Shown here piece by piece: positions 50,751 to 60,540 of a stretch of DNA of 64,000 bases; position 1 is the first letter of the stretch; the number at the start of each line of letters is the position of its first letter. The translations under genes and the position numbers were made by a program. This stretch comes from an uncultured bacterium (lineage in GTDB: Bacteria; Verrucomicrobiota; Verrucomicrobiia; Verrucomicrobiales; DEV007). A model generated the notes under the pieces. It saw nothing but the letters and a program-made list of their open reading frames with translations, was not told the origin of the DNA and searched no databases. Location of the stretch: NCBI GenBank assembly GCA_963977015.1, contig CAXBMO010000019.1, positions 50,083-114,082 on the forward strand, written 5' to 3'.

Positions 50751-50927
50751 GCAGCCTGGGTTCCTCAATTCCCTCCGTCGCTGGGTGCCTGTTCATTGAC
50801 TCGAGACGTTTCAGTGAACCTCCAGCCGACGAACCTGACGTGGATCACGAAAGAGTGCGGCTGCGCCGGAGGAAGAGGAACCGCGGTAGCTTTGGCCGGT
50901 GGCAGCACCCTGGGAAATTTGAAGGAC

Positions 50928-51110
50928 ATGACTGAAATGATGCGTCAAACCAACGAAGTGCAGAACTACTTCGGAGACTTGCGGGCTTCGCTGATGGTCG
51001 CGGCCAGTTTCCTGAGCGTGCTGACGCTGATCGCCATTCTCCATGCTTTGTCGTCCATGAAATTCGGCCAAAGCCCGGAAGCTGAATCAGATCAATCGGC
51101 AGCCCGTTAA
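50928..51110 (+). CDS. Small single-TM hypothetical protein
   Basis: GAAGGA precedes the ATG. One TM helix; the ORF ends 2 nt before the next gene. Confidence 0.45.
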   Translation: MTEMMRQTNEVQNYFGDLRASLMVAASFLSVLTLIAILHALSSMKFGQSPEAESDQSAAR

Positions 51111-51112
51111 TC

Positions 51113-51391
51113 ATGAAACCGCTCACCAAAATCAAAGTTGGGATCGCCGTATTGGTCTTCGCCTTACTGGGCACCTTTGTGGCCCTGAACACCCAGACCG
51201 TCGAGCTGAACCTGATCGTGGCCAAGCTGAACATGAGCCGCTCGCTCTTGATCATCGCCGTGTTTCTGGCGGGAGCTCTCGTGGGCTGGATCGGACGTTC
51301 CTTCGGTTCGCTGCGCAGCCATCTGAAACTTCAGGAGAATGAGTCCGACAAACGGTCTCAAGCTCAAACCACTCCCAGCTCCAATTCGTGA
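51113..51391 (+). CDS. LapA/DUF1049-family small membrane protein
   Basis: TM - F..LNTQTVELNL - TM pattern. Confidence 0.8.
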   Translation: MKPLTKIKVGIAVLVFALLGTFVALNTQTVELNLIVAKLNMSRSLLIIAVFLAGALVGWIGRSFGSLRSHLKLQENESDKRSQAQTTPSSNS

Positions 51392-51608
51392 GCGTTGCCG
51401 CCAGGAACGTCGATCAAGTCAGCAATCTGGTCGACACCAAGGGAATCCACCCGTCTGGTGAAAAACTGGGCACCCTGGACGCGGGAATGACGGATTGGCT
51501 GGTGAACCATGTTGTTTTGTAGTGTCATTGTTTGTTAGGCCGAAGGATTGGCCGAATGTTCTAGGAAAAACCCACCATCAAATTATCCAATAGAAAGGAA
51601 TCATCCTC

Positions 51609-52577
51609 ATGAGTACGGAATCACCAACTGAAGCAAGCCCCGCTACCGAAGCCTCTGGCGCGACCGGGAAAACACCCCTCAAGATCGCCATTTTGTCGCG
51701 GAATCGAAAACTCTATTCGACTCAAAGTCTGGTCGATGCCTGCAAGAATCGGGGCCATGAGGTACGCGTCGTCGACTACCTGAAATGCCACATGAACATT
51801 ACCTCTCATCGCCCCCGAATCTTTCTCGGCGACGAGGATCTGCAGTTCGATGCCGTGATTCCCCGAATTGGAGCTTCGCGCACCTTTTTTGGCACCGCAG
51901 TGGTGCGACAGTTCGAGATGATGGGCACCTACAGCGTGAACGAGTCCGTAGCAATCAGCCGAAGCCGGGACAAGTTGCGAAGTCTGCAACTGCTGGCGCG
52001 CAAAGGATTGGGATTGCCGGTTACCGCCTTTGCTCACGATACCCAGGCTACAGGCAATGTCGTAAAGATCTGCGGTGGGGCACCGGTCGTCATCAAACTT
52101 CTGGAAGGAACCCAGGGGGTTGGCGTGGTGTTGGCCGAAACGCCCAAAGCGGCCGAAAGCGTGATCGAGGCCTTCCGCGGTCTGGATGCGAACATCCTGG
52201 TCCAGGAATTCATCAAGGAAGCGGGCGGGGCGGACATTCGATGCCTTGTGGTTGGCGATCGCGTCGTCGCTGCGATGAAACGGCAGGGCAAGGAAGGCGA
52301 GTTTCGCAGCAACCTGCATCGGGGTGGTTCAGCCAACGTGGAAAAGATCACGCCGGAAGAGCGGTCGACCGCCGTCCGCGCGGCCAAAGTGATGGGGCTG
52401 AATGTCGCCGGGGTGGACCTGTTGCGTTCGAATCATGGGCCGGTTATTATGGAGGTTAACTCCTCGCCCGGGTTGGAGGGGATCGAGGCCGCTACCGGCA
52501 AAGACGTCGCGGGAGCCATCATCGGCTTCATCGAGCGGCACACCAAGGACGGCACCAAAACGAGAGGACGAGGATGA
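51609..52577 (+). CDS. rimK: RimK ATP-grasp alpha-L-glutamate ligase
   Basis: Motifs [52 protein letters not shown] and [12 protein letters not shown]. Confidence 0.95.
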   Translation: MSTESPTEASPATEASGATGKTPLKIAILSRNRKLYSTQSLVDACKNRGHEVRVVDYLKCHMNITSHRPRIFLGDEDLQFDAVIPRIGASRTFFGTAVVRQFEMMGTYSVNESVAISRSRDKLRSLQLLARKGLGLPVTAFAHDTQATGNVVKICGGAPVVIKLLEGTQGVGVVLAETPKAAESVIEAFRGLDANILVQEFIKEAGGADIRCLVVGDRVVAAMKRQGKEGEFRSNLHRGGSANVEKITPEERSTAVRAAKVMGLNVAGVDLLRSNHGPVIMEVNSSPGLEGIEAATGKDVAGAIIGFIERHTKDGTKTRGRG

Positions 52578-53632
52578 CTGCAGAGGAATTTGCCAAACCA
52601 CTCGTCCTCGGCGGGCACAGTCTGGAACCGGGCGATCGCGAAACGATCGCGCTGCCGGTAGGCCACCTGATCACGCACGAGATTCTCGACATGACCGTGC
52701 ATGTGCGCCGGGGAACCCAACCTGGACCGCGACTCCTGATCACGGCCGCCCTGCATGGCGACGAGATCAACGGGGTGGAAGTCGTCCGCCGCTTGTTGGC
52801 GCTGAAAATGCGCCATCTGGCCGGGGATCTGCTCCTGATCCCGATCGTCAACCTACCCGCTTTCGTGAGCCGCAGCCGCTATCTGCCGGATCGCCGGGAC
52901 TTGAACCGGCTTTTTCCGGGTTCGTCCACCGGCTCGTTCGGCGCGCGCCTCGCCCGGATTTTGACGAATGAGGTCGCCAGAAAATGCACCCATGGAATCG
53001 ACCTCCACACCGGCGCCGTCAACCGGCCCAACCTGCCACAAATCCGTTTTAGTGAGGAAGTGGAAGGCGCTCGCCAAATGGCGGAAGCGTTCGGTGCTCC
53101 GGTCATGATTCCCTCCTCGGTGCGCAGCGGTTCGTTCCGCGAGGTATTCAGCCGGCGGGGCAAACCGCAACTCATGTTTGAAGGCGGCGAGGCCGAAATC
53201 CTGGAACCCGCCCCCGTTAGCCTGGCCATCAATGGCGTTATCTCCGTGATGCGCGATCTCGAGATGCTGCCGACCTCGCGAAAGGCCAATTCCCGGCCGA
53301 GGCCGGTTCTATGCGTCGATACCTATTGGGAGCGGGCGCCGCGGGGAGGGCTCTTTCTGCCATCCGTCCATCTGGGGGCCATTGTGAAAAAGGGCTCGAT
53401 CCTTGGCAAAATCGGCGATCCGTTCGGTAGCCGCAAAACCACGATCCGGGCGGACGACGACGGCGTCGTAATCGGTCGGGCGCGCAATGCGGTGATCGAC
53501 GAAGGCGACGGCATCTTTCACATCGGGCTGACCCATCGCCTCAAAGCCGTGGCGCAGCGCATCGAAGCCGCGGAAGCGGAGCTGGACCACAGCCTGGATC
53601 ACCCGGTTTTTGACGAAGCACTGGAGGATTGA
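52574..53632 (+). CDS. Succinylglutamate desuccinylase/aspartoacylase-family (M14) protein
   Basis: Zn-site motifs HGDEING, RDLNR.FPG and DLHTG, plus a C-terminal biotinyl-like domain. ATGA overlap with rimK. Confidence 0.92.
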   Translation: MTAEEFAKPLVLGGHSLEPGDRETIALPVGHLITHEILDMTVHVRRGTQPGPRLLITAALHGDEINGVEVVRRLLALKMRHLAGDLLLIPIVNLPAFVSRSRYLPDRRDLNRLFPGSSTGSFGARLARILTNEVARKCTHGIDLHTGAVNRPNLPQIRFSEEVEGARQMAEAFGAPVMIPSSVRSGSFREVFSRRGKPQLMFEGGEAEILEPAPVSLAINGVISVMRDLEMLPTSRKANSRPRPVLCVDTYWERAPRGGLFLPSVHLGAIVKKGSILGKIGDPFGSRKTTIRADDDGVVIGRARNAVIDEGDGIFHIGLTHRLKAVAQRIEAAEAELDHSLDHPVFDEALED

Positions 53633-53777
53633 TCGATGACCTGGCTGGTAGGGCTACGTCGCTGCTGGCCACGCGGGCGGCGCCGTTGTGCCAAGCCGTG
53701 CGTGCGAATCCGCGCGGTGCCTGGTTTTATATTGGCCCGAAAGCTGATAGGATAAGACCCGATCGTTCATTGACGCG

Positions 53778-55502
53778 ATGTCCCCTCTCATGGTCACAGC
53801 TTCGCTCGAATATGGCCCGTTGATTACAGGCCTGGGAGGTGGCCTTGCGTTGTTCCTTTACGGGATGCGCAAGATGACCGAATCGCTCAAGGTCGTGGCC
53901 GGGGCGCGGTTGAAATCGATGCTCGCCCGGTTGACGACCAATCGCTTCACGGGCGCACTGGCGGGGGCCGGCGTTACGGCGGTCATCCAGTCCTCCTCCG
54001 TCACCACCGTGCTGGTCGTGGGCTTCATCACCTCGGGCCTGTTGACGCTCTCGCAATCGGTCGGCATCATCATCGGGGCGAACATCGGCACGACGATTAC
54101 CGCCCAAATTATTGCCTTCAAAGTCACCAAATACGCGCTGATTTTGATCGCCGGAGGGTTCGCCTGTGAAATGCTGGCCCGGCGCGAAAGGATCCAATTC
54201 TATGGATCGGCGATCATGGGACTGGGGCTGCTCTTTTTTGGGATGAACCTGATGAGCGACGCCGCCAACCCTCTCCGCAGCTATGAACCTTTCATGGCCG
54301 TGATGCGGCAGATGAGCACACCGGTTCTCGGCATCTTGATTGGAGCCGTCTTTACGGCGCTGGTGCAGAGTTCGTCCGCCACCACGGGGATCGTCATCGT
54401 GATGGCCAGCCAGGGAATCCTCTCGCTCGAAGCGGGGATCGCACTCCTTTTCGGAGCAAACGTCGGGACCTGCGTCACGGCCATCATTGCGGGAATCGGC
54501 CAACCGCGTGAGGCGTTGCAAGCCGCGGTCTTACACGTGATTTTTAACGTGATCGGAGTGGCCCTCTGGTGCGCGTTTATCCCGCAATTTGCTGATTTTG
54601 TGAGGCTGTTTTCGCCCACCGCCACCGGAGCACAGGGAGCCGCCCGGCTTGCCTTCGAGACGCCCCGCCAGATCGCCAACGCGCACACGTTGTTCAACAT
54701 CGGCAACGCCTTGATCTTTATTGGATTCACCAAGCCATTGGCGCGCCTGGTCCAGAAAATCGTTCCACCGAAGAAGAATGTTTCGGAAGCCGCCGGCGAG
54801 CCGGTTTACCTGGATGACTACTACCTGGGAGATCCGGCCACGGCTCTGGACCGGGTCCGCCTCGAGATCGGCCGGTTGGGCGGAATCGTCATCGAATCGG
54901 TGGAGGGTTCGTTTGATGCGGTGACCAAAGGCTTGCCTGGCGAAGTCACCAGCCTGCATGATGACGAGCGAACGGTCGATTCCCTTCACGCTTCCATCGT
55001 CACCTACCTGGGGAGGCTATCGCAGAGCAAATTGGTCGAAACGCAGATCCGGCACATCTATCTGGACATCGCGGCTGCCAACCATTGGGAGAACGCTTCG
55101 GACATCGTGGGAATCAGTCTCGCGAGAAGCGGAAGAAAGCGCCTTAGCACCCAACTTCAAATCAGTGTCGAAACCCTGGAAACCTTGCGACCGATCCACG
55201 CCGCGGTTCTGGAGGTTGGCAAGATGGCCCTGGAATCGTTTGTCCGATCCGATGGTGACTTGGCCAAGAAGGTGATTAAGTCCAAACGCGAAATCATCAA
55301 GCTGGGGGAAACTGCCCAGACTCATTTGGTCACGCGCCTGGCTGCCAAAGAGCCGGAACGCTCCCGCGCCTTCAGGATCGAGAACGACATCATCGAAGAC
55401 TACAAGCGCCTCCATACCCTGTTTCGACGAATCGCGAGGAACGTGGTGGAGCGGGCATCGCTCGAATCCGAGATGGCGAACGTCTCGCGGACGGCGTCCT
55501 AA
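53778..55502 (+). CDS. Na/Pi cotransporter-family protein with PhoU domains
   Basis: Motifs GGLALFLYGM, duplicated QSSS, GANIGTT/GANVGT and ANAHTLFN, with a helical C-terminus. Confidence 0.93.
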   Translation: MSPLMVTASLEYGPLITGLGGGLALFLYGMRKMTESLKVVAGARLKSMLARLTTNRFTGALAGAGVTAVIQSSSVTTVLVVGFITSGLLTLSQSVGIIIGANIGTTITAQIIAFKVTKYALILIAGGFACEMLARRERIQFYGSAIMGLGLLFFGMNLMSDAANPLRSYEPFMAVMRQMSTPVLGILIGAVFTALVQSSSATTGIVIVMASQGILSLEAGIALLFGANVGTCVTAIIAGIGQPREALQAAVLHVIFNVIGVALWCAFIPQFADFVRLFSPTATGAQGAARLAFETPRQIANAHTLFNIGNALIFIGFTKPLARLVQKIVPPKKNVSEAAGEPVYLDDYYLGDPATALDRVRLEIGRLGGIVIESVEGSFDAVTKGLPGEVTSLHDDERTVDSLHASIVTYLGRLSQSKLVETQIRHIYLDIAAANHWENASDIVGISLARSGRKRLSTQLQISVETLETLRPIHAAVLEVGKMALESFVRSDGDLAKKVIKSKREIIKLGETAQTHLVTRLAAKEPERSRAFRIENDIIEDYKRLHTLFRRIARNVVERASLESEMANVSRTAS

Positions 55503-55634
55503 CCAATGAAGATGACGCAGTGACCGCGACCGTCCAACGCGTGCGGCGTATCTTTGTCGAACACGGACAGGAACGATAAGAAGTCTTTCTTGCTTAGTGT
55601 TTAGGTTAGGTTTCGGGTGGCCAGGGCAGGAAGA

Positions 55635-57077
55635 TCATTCGTCTTCCTGCGAAGGATGGGAAGTGGCCTGGAACAGGGGCCGGAGCTTGGCGGCGTGCCC
55701 CAGGCTGCGGACTCCAATGCCCTTTTTTCTTCCATCCCCCAAATCAAGACGCACCGGCCCGGCGATGTCCAGCAACTGGCGAACCACCGCAGGATAGTCG
55801 GCCGCGAGATCGGTGGTTTCGGCAACGTCGGCCTGGAGGTCGAAGAGAACGTTTTCGCGACCATCGGGCGCCTTGAGGTGGAGTTTCCAGCGGCCATGGC
55901 GCACCGCCATGAGCTTGGTTCGCTGATAGTAGGCAAAGGTCTGACGAGGAGGAGCGTCCAGCTGCGTGCCCAGGAGGAGGGGAGCCACGTTCACGCCGTC
56001 GATCGTCCCGGGCACCGAGGACAAGGATCCACCGGAAATCGCGGCCAGGGTTGGCAAAAGGTCCATGCAGGCGACAATCTCACGACGAACCTGCCCCGGC
56101 GGAATCGTTCCCGGCCAACGGGCGACAAATGGAACGCGAACCCCGCCTTCCCAAGTCGTGTGCTTGGTTCCCCGCAGCGGCGCGGCCGTGCCGTTGTTCT
56201 TCTTGGCCGGACCGTTGTCGGAGGTGAGCAAGACCAGGGTTTGGCGGTCGAGCCCGGATTCTTCCAGCGCCGCCAGAATGCGGCCCACGCTGTCGTCCAG
56301 TTCGTGAAGCCAGTCGCCGTAGTCGCCATTTTGGGAAATGCCACGGTAAGATTTGCTCGGCTCGTTGGGCAGATGAACGGCGTGTTGGGCCAGCATCGCG
56401 AAGAAGGGCTGTTCTCCACTGGCGCCGATGAATTCGATCAGTTCCTGCTCGTAGACGCTCATCAACGGCCCCACGTCCTTGACCAGTTCCTCCACCTTCT
56501 CATCGCGCAGAACCGGGACGACGCGCATATGCAGAGGATTGAGGCGGCCGCTTTCCTTCTTAACCCGCACCATGCTGCCCATATCGTGGGAGTACGGGAT
56601 GCCGAGGTTGTGATCGAAACCCTGCCGTGTCGGCAGAAAAACCTTCTGATCGCCCAGATGCCATTTGCCGAAATAGCGGGTGGCGTAGCCGCGGGCCCGC
56701 AGAATCTCGGCGATGGTCACTTCATTCGGGTTGAGGCCGGTCTTCGATACCGGCCAGAAGACGTGGTTGACCCCAATGCGCTTGTGATAGCACCCGGTCA
56801 GGAAAGCGGCCCGCGATGGCGAACACACCGGCGCGCTGACGTAGAAATCGGTCAATCGTGCGCCTTCTGCCGCGAGCCGGTCGATATTGGGCGTGGCCTG
56901 TTTGGAGGCTCCGTAACACCCCAGATCGCCGTAACCCAGGTCATCGACAAGGATGAGGATAATGTTGGGGGGACGGAGTGCCGGGGCGTTTCCGGTCTCC
57001 TGACCTCGGGCATTCTGGAGTGACAAAAGGAAGCCCACGGCAAGGGCGAAAAGGAAAGGCGAATGGGGTAGCACCAT
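55635..57077 (-). CDS. Sulfatase (arylsulfatase-like)
   Basis: Motifs PNIILILVDDLGYGD, CSPSR, GKWHLG, SDNGP and EGGVRVP. Confidence 0.95.
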   Translation of the reverse strand: MVLPHSPFLFALAVGFLLSLQNARGQETGNAPALRPPNIILILVDDLGYGDLGCYGASKQATPNIDRLAAEGARLTDFYVSAPVCSPSRAAFLTGCYHKRIGVNHVFWPVSKTGLNPNEVTIAEILRARGYATRYFGKWHLGDQKVFLPTRQGFDHNLGIPYSHDMGSMVRVKKESGRLNPLHMRVVPVLRDEKVEELVKDVGPLMSVYEQELIEFIGASGEQPFFAMLAQHAVHLPNEPSKSYRGISQNGDYGDWLHELDDSVGRILAALEESGLDRQTLVLLTSDNGPAKKNNGTAAPLRGTKHTTWEGGVRVPFVARWPGTIPPGQVRREIVACMDLLPTLAAISGGSLSSVPGTIDGVNVAPLLLGTQLDAPPRQTFAYYQRTKLMAVRHGRWKLHLKAPDGRENVLFDLQADVAETTDLAADYPAVVRQLLDIAGPVRLDLGDGRKKGIGVRSLGHAAKLRPLFQATSHPSQEDE

Positions 57078-57221
57078 AAATGACGAGAATACTCTGAATT
57101 GAATGTTTGCGCAGTATTTTTGACCGGTTCGTCAGGTTTTTTCTCGTGAGCACAGAGCGGAAGCGAACCGTGTTGCAAGAAATGCGAAGCGCGAGGCGTT
57201 TGGGAGCATCCTCGACCCGAT

Positions 57222-57905
57222 TCAGAAGCTTTTTGGCCGGATCTGCGGGGCCACCAAACCGGCGGAAACGATCAGCTTGGAAGCCTCCTCCACGCTGAGG
57301 GAGCTGTTCACGACCTTGTCCGAGTCAACGGCAAGGAGGAAGCCGGTGATGGGGTTTGGCGAGGTGGGCAGGAAGACGGTGGTCATCTTCTTGCCCGTTT
57401 TGGTATCCTGAAAATGGCCGGTGACGAAGCCGAGTAGCCGGGCTCCGGGCGCTGGGTAGTCAAGATAAACCACGTATTGAAAGTTTGGCGTGCCCTCGAA
57501 GGTGCGGAGCGTTTCCACGACCTGTTTGGCGGCAGAGTAAATGGTCGAGATCAAGGGAATGCGCAGCACCAGCCCATCGATCCATTGCAGAACGCGGCTT
57601 CCGAGGGAATGCGTCGCGACCATGCCGACGGCGAAGATGATGACGGTTAGAATCACGAGCGGGACGACTTTGACGCCGAGGATCTCGGCCTGGGGAATGA
57701 ACCTGCGCAGCCCGAGAAGCTTAAAGGTGTGACCCGTGACGTAGTCGATGATCTGTAGCCCGGCATTGAGCAGAAACAGCGTGGCTAGAGCCGGAATCAT
57801 CACGGCAAGGCCGGTGAGAAAGACGTTCCGGGTCCGGACGAGAGGACGACCTGGGGCGGGGAGAACGTCCGGCGCGGGTTCGGCTGGAATTGGATCGGTG
57901 GACAT
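57222..57905 (-). CDS. DUF502-family membrane protein
   Basis: Motifs FLTGL...P, RIPLI..IY...KQ, VFLPTSPNPITGFL and SVEEA.KLIVSAG. Confidence 0.92.
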   Translation of the reverse strand: MSTDPIPAEPAPDVLPAPGRPLVRTRNVFLTGLAVMIPALATLFLLNAGLQIIDYVTGHTFKLLGLRRFIPQAEILGVKVVPLVILTVIIFAVGMVATHSLGSRVLQWIDGLVLRIPLISTIYSAAKQVVETLRTFEGTPNFQYVVYLDYPAPGARLLGFVTGHFQDTKTGKKMTTVFLPTSPNPITGFLLAVDSDKVVNSSLSVEEASKLIVSAGLVAPQIRPKSF

Positions 57906-57956
57906 TGCGCGTTTCGATGCGGATGACGTCAGGGGAGCAACGTGCCGAATTGCTTC

Positions 57957-58169
57957 TCAACCCTCCAGTTTCGCTCGCAGCGTCGCCAGCGAGCGGGAAA
58001 TCCAGCCCAGGACGAAACCCGCGGCCAGGACGAGCAGAAGAATGACGGAGCGGCTCATGTTGACCTTGGCGAAGAGCAGGTTCAGCTCGACGGTTTGGGT
58101 GTTGAGGACAATAAACGTGCCCAGGCAAAGGATGATGAGGGTGAGGAGGATCAGTTTGAGTCGGGTCAT
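57957..58169 (-). CDS. LapA/DUF1049-family small membrane protein (paralog of 51113-51391)
   Basis: Shares LGTF..LNTQTVELNL..AK.NMSRS with the 51113 gene. Confidence 0.8.
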   Translation of the reverse strand: MTRLKLILLTLIILCLGTFIVLNTQTVELNLLFAKVNMSRSVILLLVLAAGFVLGWISRSLATLRAKLEG

Positions 58170-58225
58170 GGCAAAGGGAAGGTGGGGAAGGGGATTCAGC
58201 GGCGGAACGACGATCGGTTTCCAAG

Positions 58226-59683
58226 CTACTGGTCAGCTGGTGGCTGTCGGGGCCCGGGAGGGTAGAGCCCGGGGGCGGAAACCGGGTTGTCTGCGTCGTC
58301 CGGATGCATGGGCCCATTCTTTGGATTCAGCCGGTAGCGCCAAGGTTGCTGGGCGGCGTAGCTCAAGAGGTAACGCGGCTGATTGCTGGGCGCGGTTGAG
58401 CGTTCGGCACCGTCAGCTCCCCAGCGCAACTCCGGAGGATGATTTGGGTCGAACGAAAGCCGCCACAGTCGGTCGCGAATCTGGCCGAGGCTGAGTTTCA
58501 CAGGTTCGCCGGCAGAATTGGTGTAGGTGAGGGTCAACTCATTGAAGAGGGTTTCCCGGTGCTGCCCGAGGGCGCGGCGCAGATCCTTGGCATTCCAGAA
58601 TGAATCCAGCCGCTGCGGCTCATTCGTGGCGTAGTTCACGAGCCGGTCTTCCTCGCCCTGAAGGAGGAGAAAGGCGCGCCGGATTCGCAGATCCCAAGCC
58701 GCGGTGGAGTAGGTGTTCCAATCGCCGGTTGCAGAGTAGATGTTTTGCGGAACTGGGATTGGATTGGTGCGGCCGACGTTCCAGCCGCGATCGACCAATC
58801 TGACGCGTTGCAGAAGTTCAGCGTAAACGCCTTCCTGGATGGCCTGGGTGTAGTTGGCCACGGGCTCGATCTTCTTGGTCATGAGCAGTTCGCGGACCCG
58901 GTCATAAAACGCCTCGCCAAATTCGTATTGCTCCAGGCTGTAACCGGGCACCCCGGCGTTATCCAACACCAAACCAACTCGTTCGGCCGATGACGTCAAC
59001 GGCCGGAAGTCGCGAAACCCGCCGGTGTTGGGTGCCCGGTGATATCCCAGCTTCGCGGAAAACCGGATGCGGGTTAGGGAGCCGTCCGGGTGGGCGTCGA
59101 GCAAAAAGATCGTGCCGTCCGGTTCCACTTCCGCGACCAGGGCCACGTGGCCTTCGGGGCTGAAAAGGATCACCCCGGGCCGCAAGTGCCGGGCCGAGAT
59201 GGCGATGGGATAAGTCAGCGAATCAACGGCATCCGGCGCGGTGCGATACGTTTCGAACGTGACGGTCCTCGCAATGAGATCGAAGAACTCCTGGAGGGTG
59301 CCGGGATAGCTGATGTTGTCGAAAATGCGGGCGCTCCGGTTGCCTGATTCCTCATCCGTGCCGCTCTCGACCGCAGTCAGCACAAAGGGCAGCTTCCGTT
59401 TGTAGGCAAAATAGGCGCGCAGGAAAACGGGAAGGTTGGCCGCGTTGGCGTTGAATCTCATTTTCGGGCTGTCGAGCCTCCGATAAGGGTTGTGTTCGCT
59501 GACCAGGGCTTCCTGGACGTTGGACCAGGAACGTTCGCCCAAACTGGCGACCCACTCGGAATAGTTCGCTTCTTCTTCCGGTGACCATTGGCGTTGAACC
59601 GGCCAGACTTCGGCGACGGAAAGTCCGATGCCGAAAAGCCAGCAAGCGAGGATTCTACAGGGGGTTGAGGTTATCGATTTCAT
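58226..59683 (-). CDS. Secreted hypothetical protein, possibly papain/NlpC-P60-like fold lacking the catalytic Cys
   Basis: Signal peptide plus NAANLPVFLRAYFAYK..LPF and LRPG...GHV.LV...DAHPD. Confidence 0.7.
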   Translation of the reverse strand: MKSITSTPCRILACWLFGIGLSVAEVWPVQRQWSPEEEANYSEWVASLGERSWSNVQEALVSEHNPYRRLDSPKMRFNANAANLPVFLRAYFAYKRKLPFVLTAVESGTDEESGNRSARIFDNISYPGTLQEFFDLIARTVTFETYRTAPDAVDSLTYPIAISARHLRPGVILFSPEGHVALVAEVEPDGTIFLLDAHPDGSLTRIRFSAKLGYHRAPNTGGFRDFRPLTSSAERVGLVLDNAGVPGYSLEQYEFGEAFYDRVRELLMTKKIEPVANYTQAIQEGVYAELLQRVRLVDRGWNVGRTNPIPVPQNIYSATGDWNTYSTAAWDLRIRRAFLLLQGEEDRLVNYATNEPQRLDSFWNAKDLRRALGQHRETLFNELTLTYTNSAGEPVKLSLGQIRDRLWRLSFDPNHPPELRWGADGAERSTAPSNQPRYLLSYAAQQPWRYRLNPKNGPMHPDDADNPVSAPGLYPPGPRQPPADQ

Positions 59684-59798
59684 CACTTGGTTTTCTGAAC
59701 CCCTGTTGACCCGGCCCCGGCCGAAGCCAAGGGCAGGGTCAAGTTGGGGGGGGGGTTGGGCAGGGGCAGGAGGGTTTCACCCGGACAAGACCTGAATC

Positions 59799-59814
59799 GC
59801 AGGGGTTATGCCAA
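59799..59814 (-). promoter_or_regulatory. Putative sigma54 promoter
   Basis: Minus strand reads TTGGCATAACCCCTGC (TGGCA...TGC, GG-N10-GC). Confidence 0.6.
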
Positions 59815-59900
59815 GGTTGGGATAAGTTGTAAGGCGTTCATGGCCAAATTGTTGAGGGAATTCTGAGATGCTCGGATGACGGGGCGACTGTCCACTGAAC

Positions 59901-60356
59901 TTACAACCTGCTACCGAGGTTCCCATTTACGCCGGGCTCATTTTCGCCTCTCCAGGTGGTTTGGCGCGAGGATTGGAGCGCTTCAAGAAGCTGGGCAGGC
60001 TCAATCGGCTTGGGCACGAATCGCGCGGCCCCCGCCGCCAGGGCCAGGGCTTCGTTGTCCACATCCGCGCTCATGGCCACGATCCGCAGATTCGGAAAAC
60101 GGGCCCTGATCTCAAAAATGACGTCGATCCCGTTGGTTTCGGCCAAGGCGCAATCCAGCAATACAAGGTCGAATGGGTTGGCGGCGATGGCCTCCAGGGC
60201 TTCGGTGGAGTTGCTTACCGGCAGGGTATCAAAAGCGCTGAACACCAGCATCAACTCCAGCGACTCTCGCACCGCATCGTCGCTTTCGAGCAACAGAAGG
60301 GAAGGGCACGTTTGAGGAGGGTCGGTGGAGGTTTTCAGCTGGGGCGCGGGTTGCAT
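59901..60356 (-). CDS. Stand-alone response regulator receiver
   Basis: Motifs LLLLESDD, LVLLDC, NGIDV, IVAMSA and FVPKP. Confidence 0.85.
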   Translation of the reverse strand: MQPAPQLKTSTDPPQTCPSLLLLESDDAVRESLELMLVFSAFDTLPVSNSTEALEAIAANPFDLVLLDCALAETNGIDVIFEIRARFPNLRIVAMSADVDNEALALAAGAARFVPKPIEPAQLLEALQSSRQTTWRGENEPGVNGNLGSRL

Positions 60357-60379
60357 TTCTCGGAACGACCTCACCGATA

Positions 60380-60394
60380 GCCGGATTGATGCCA
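60380..60394 (-). promoter_or_regulatory. Possible sigma54 promoter
   Basis: Minus strand reads TGGCATCAATCCGGC (GG-N10-GC), about 24 nt before the ATG. Confidence 0.4.
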
Positions 60395-60540
60395 TTCAAT
60401 CAATGAGTCGCAAAAAGCTGACAATGAAAGAGTTGAGGGTGTTTGTAATCCCGGATCGCCTTCCCGGTTTGGCCAGTTGGAAAACAGTTTGTCTTCCAAC
60501 CTTGCAGTCCCATCGCAATTGGCCAAGGCTTCGAGGACCG

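Noticed and set aside
50834-50853. Hammerhead ribozyme core (CTGACG...CGAAA)
   Set aside because: It lacks the required CUGANGA, and stems I/III with an NUH cleavage site could not be built.
16736-53747. Additional weak GG-N10-GC/GA motifs (16736-16750, 51468-51482, 53732-53747)
   Set aside because: Each matches only part of the -24/-12 consensus, which is expected by chance at this GC content.
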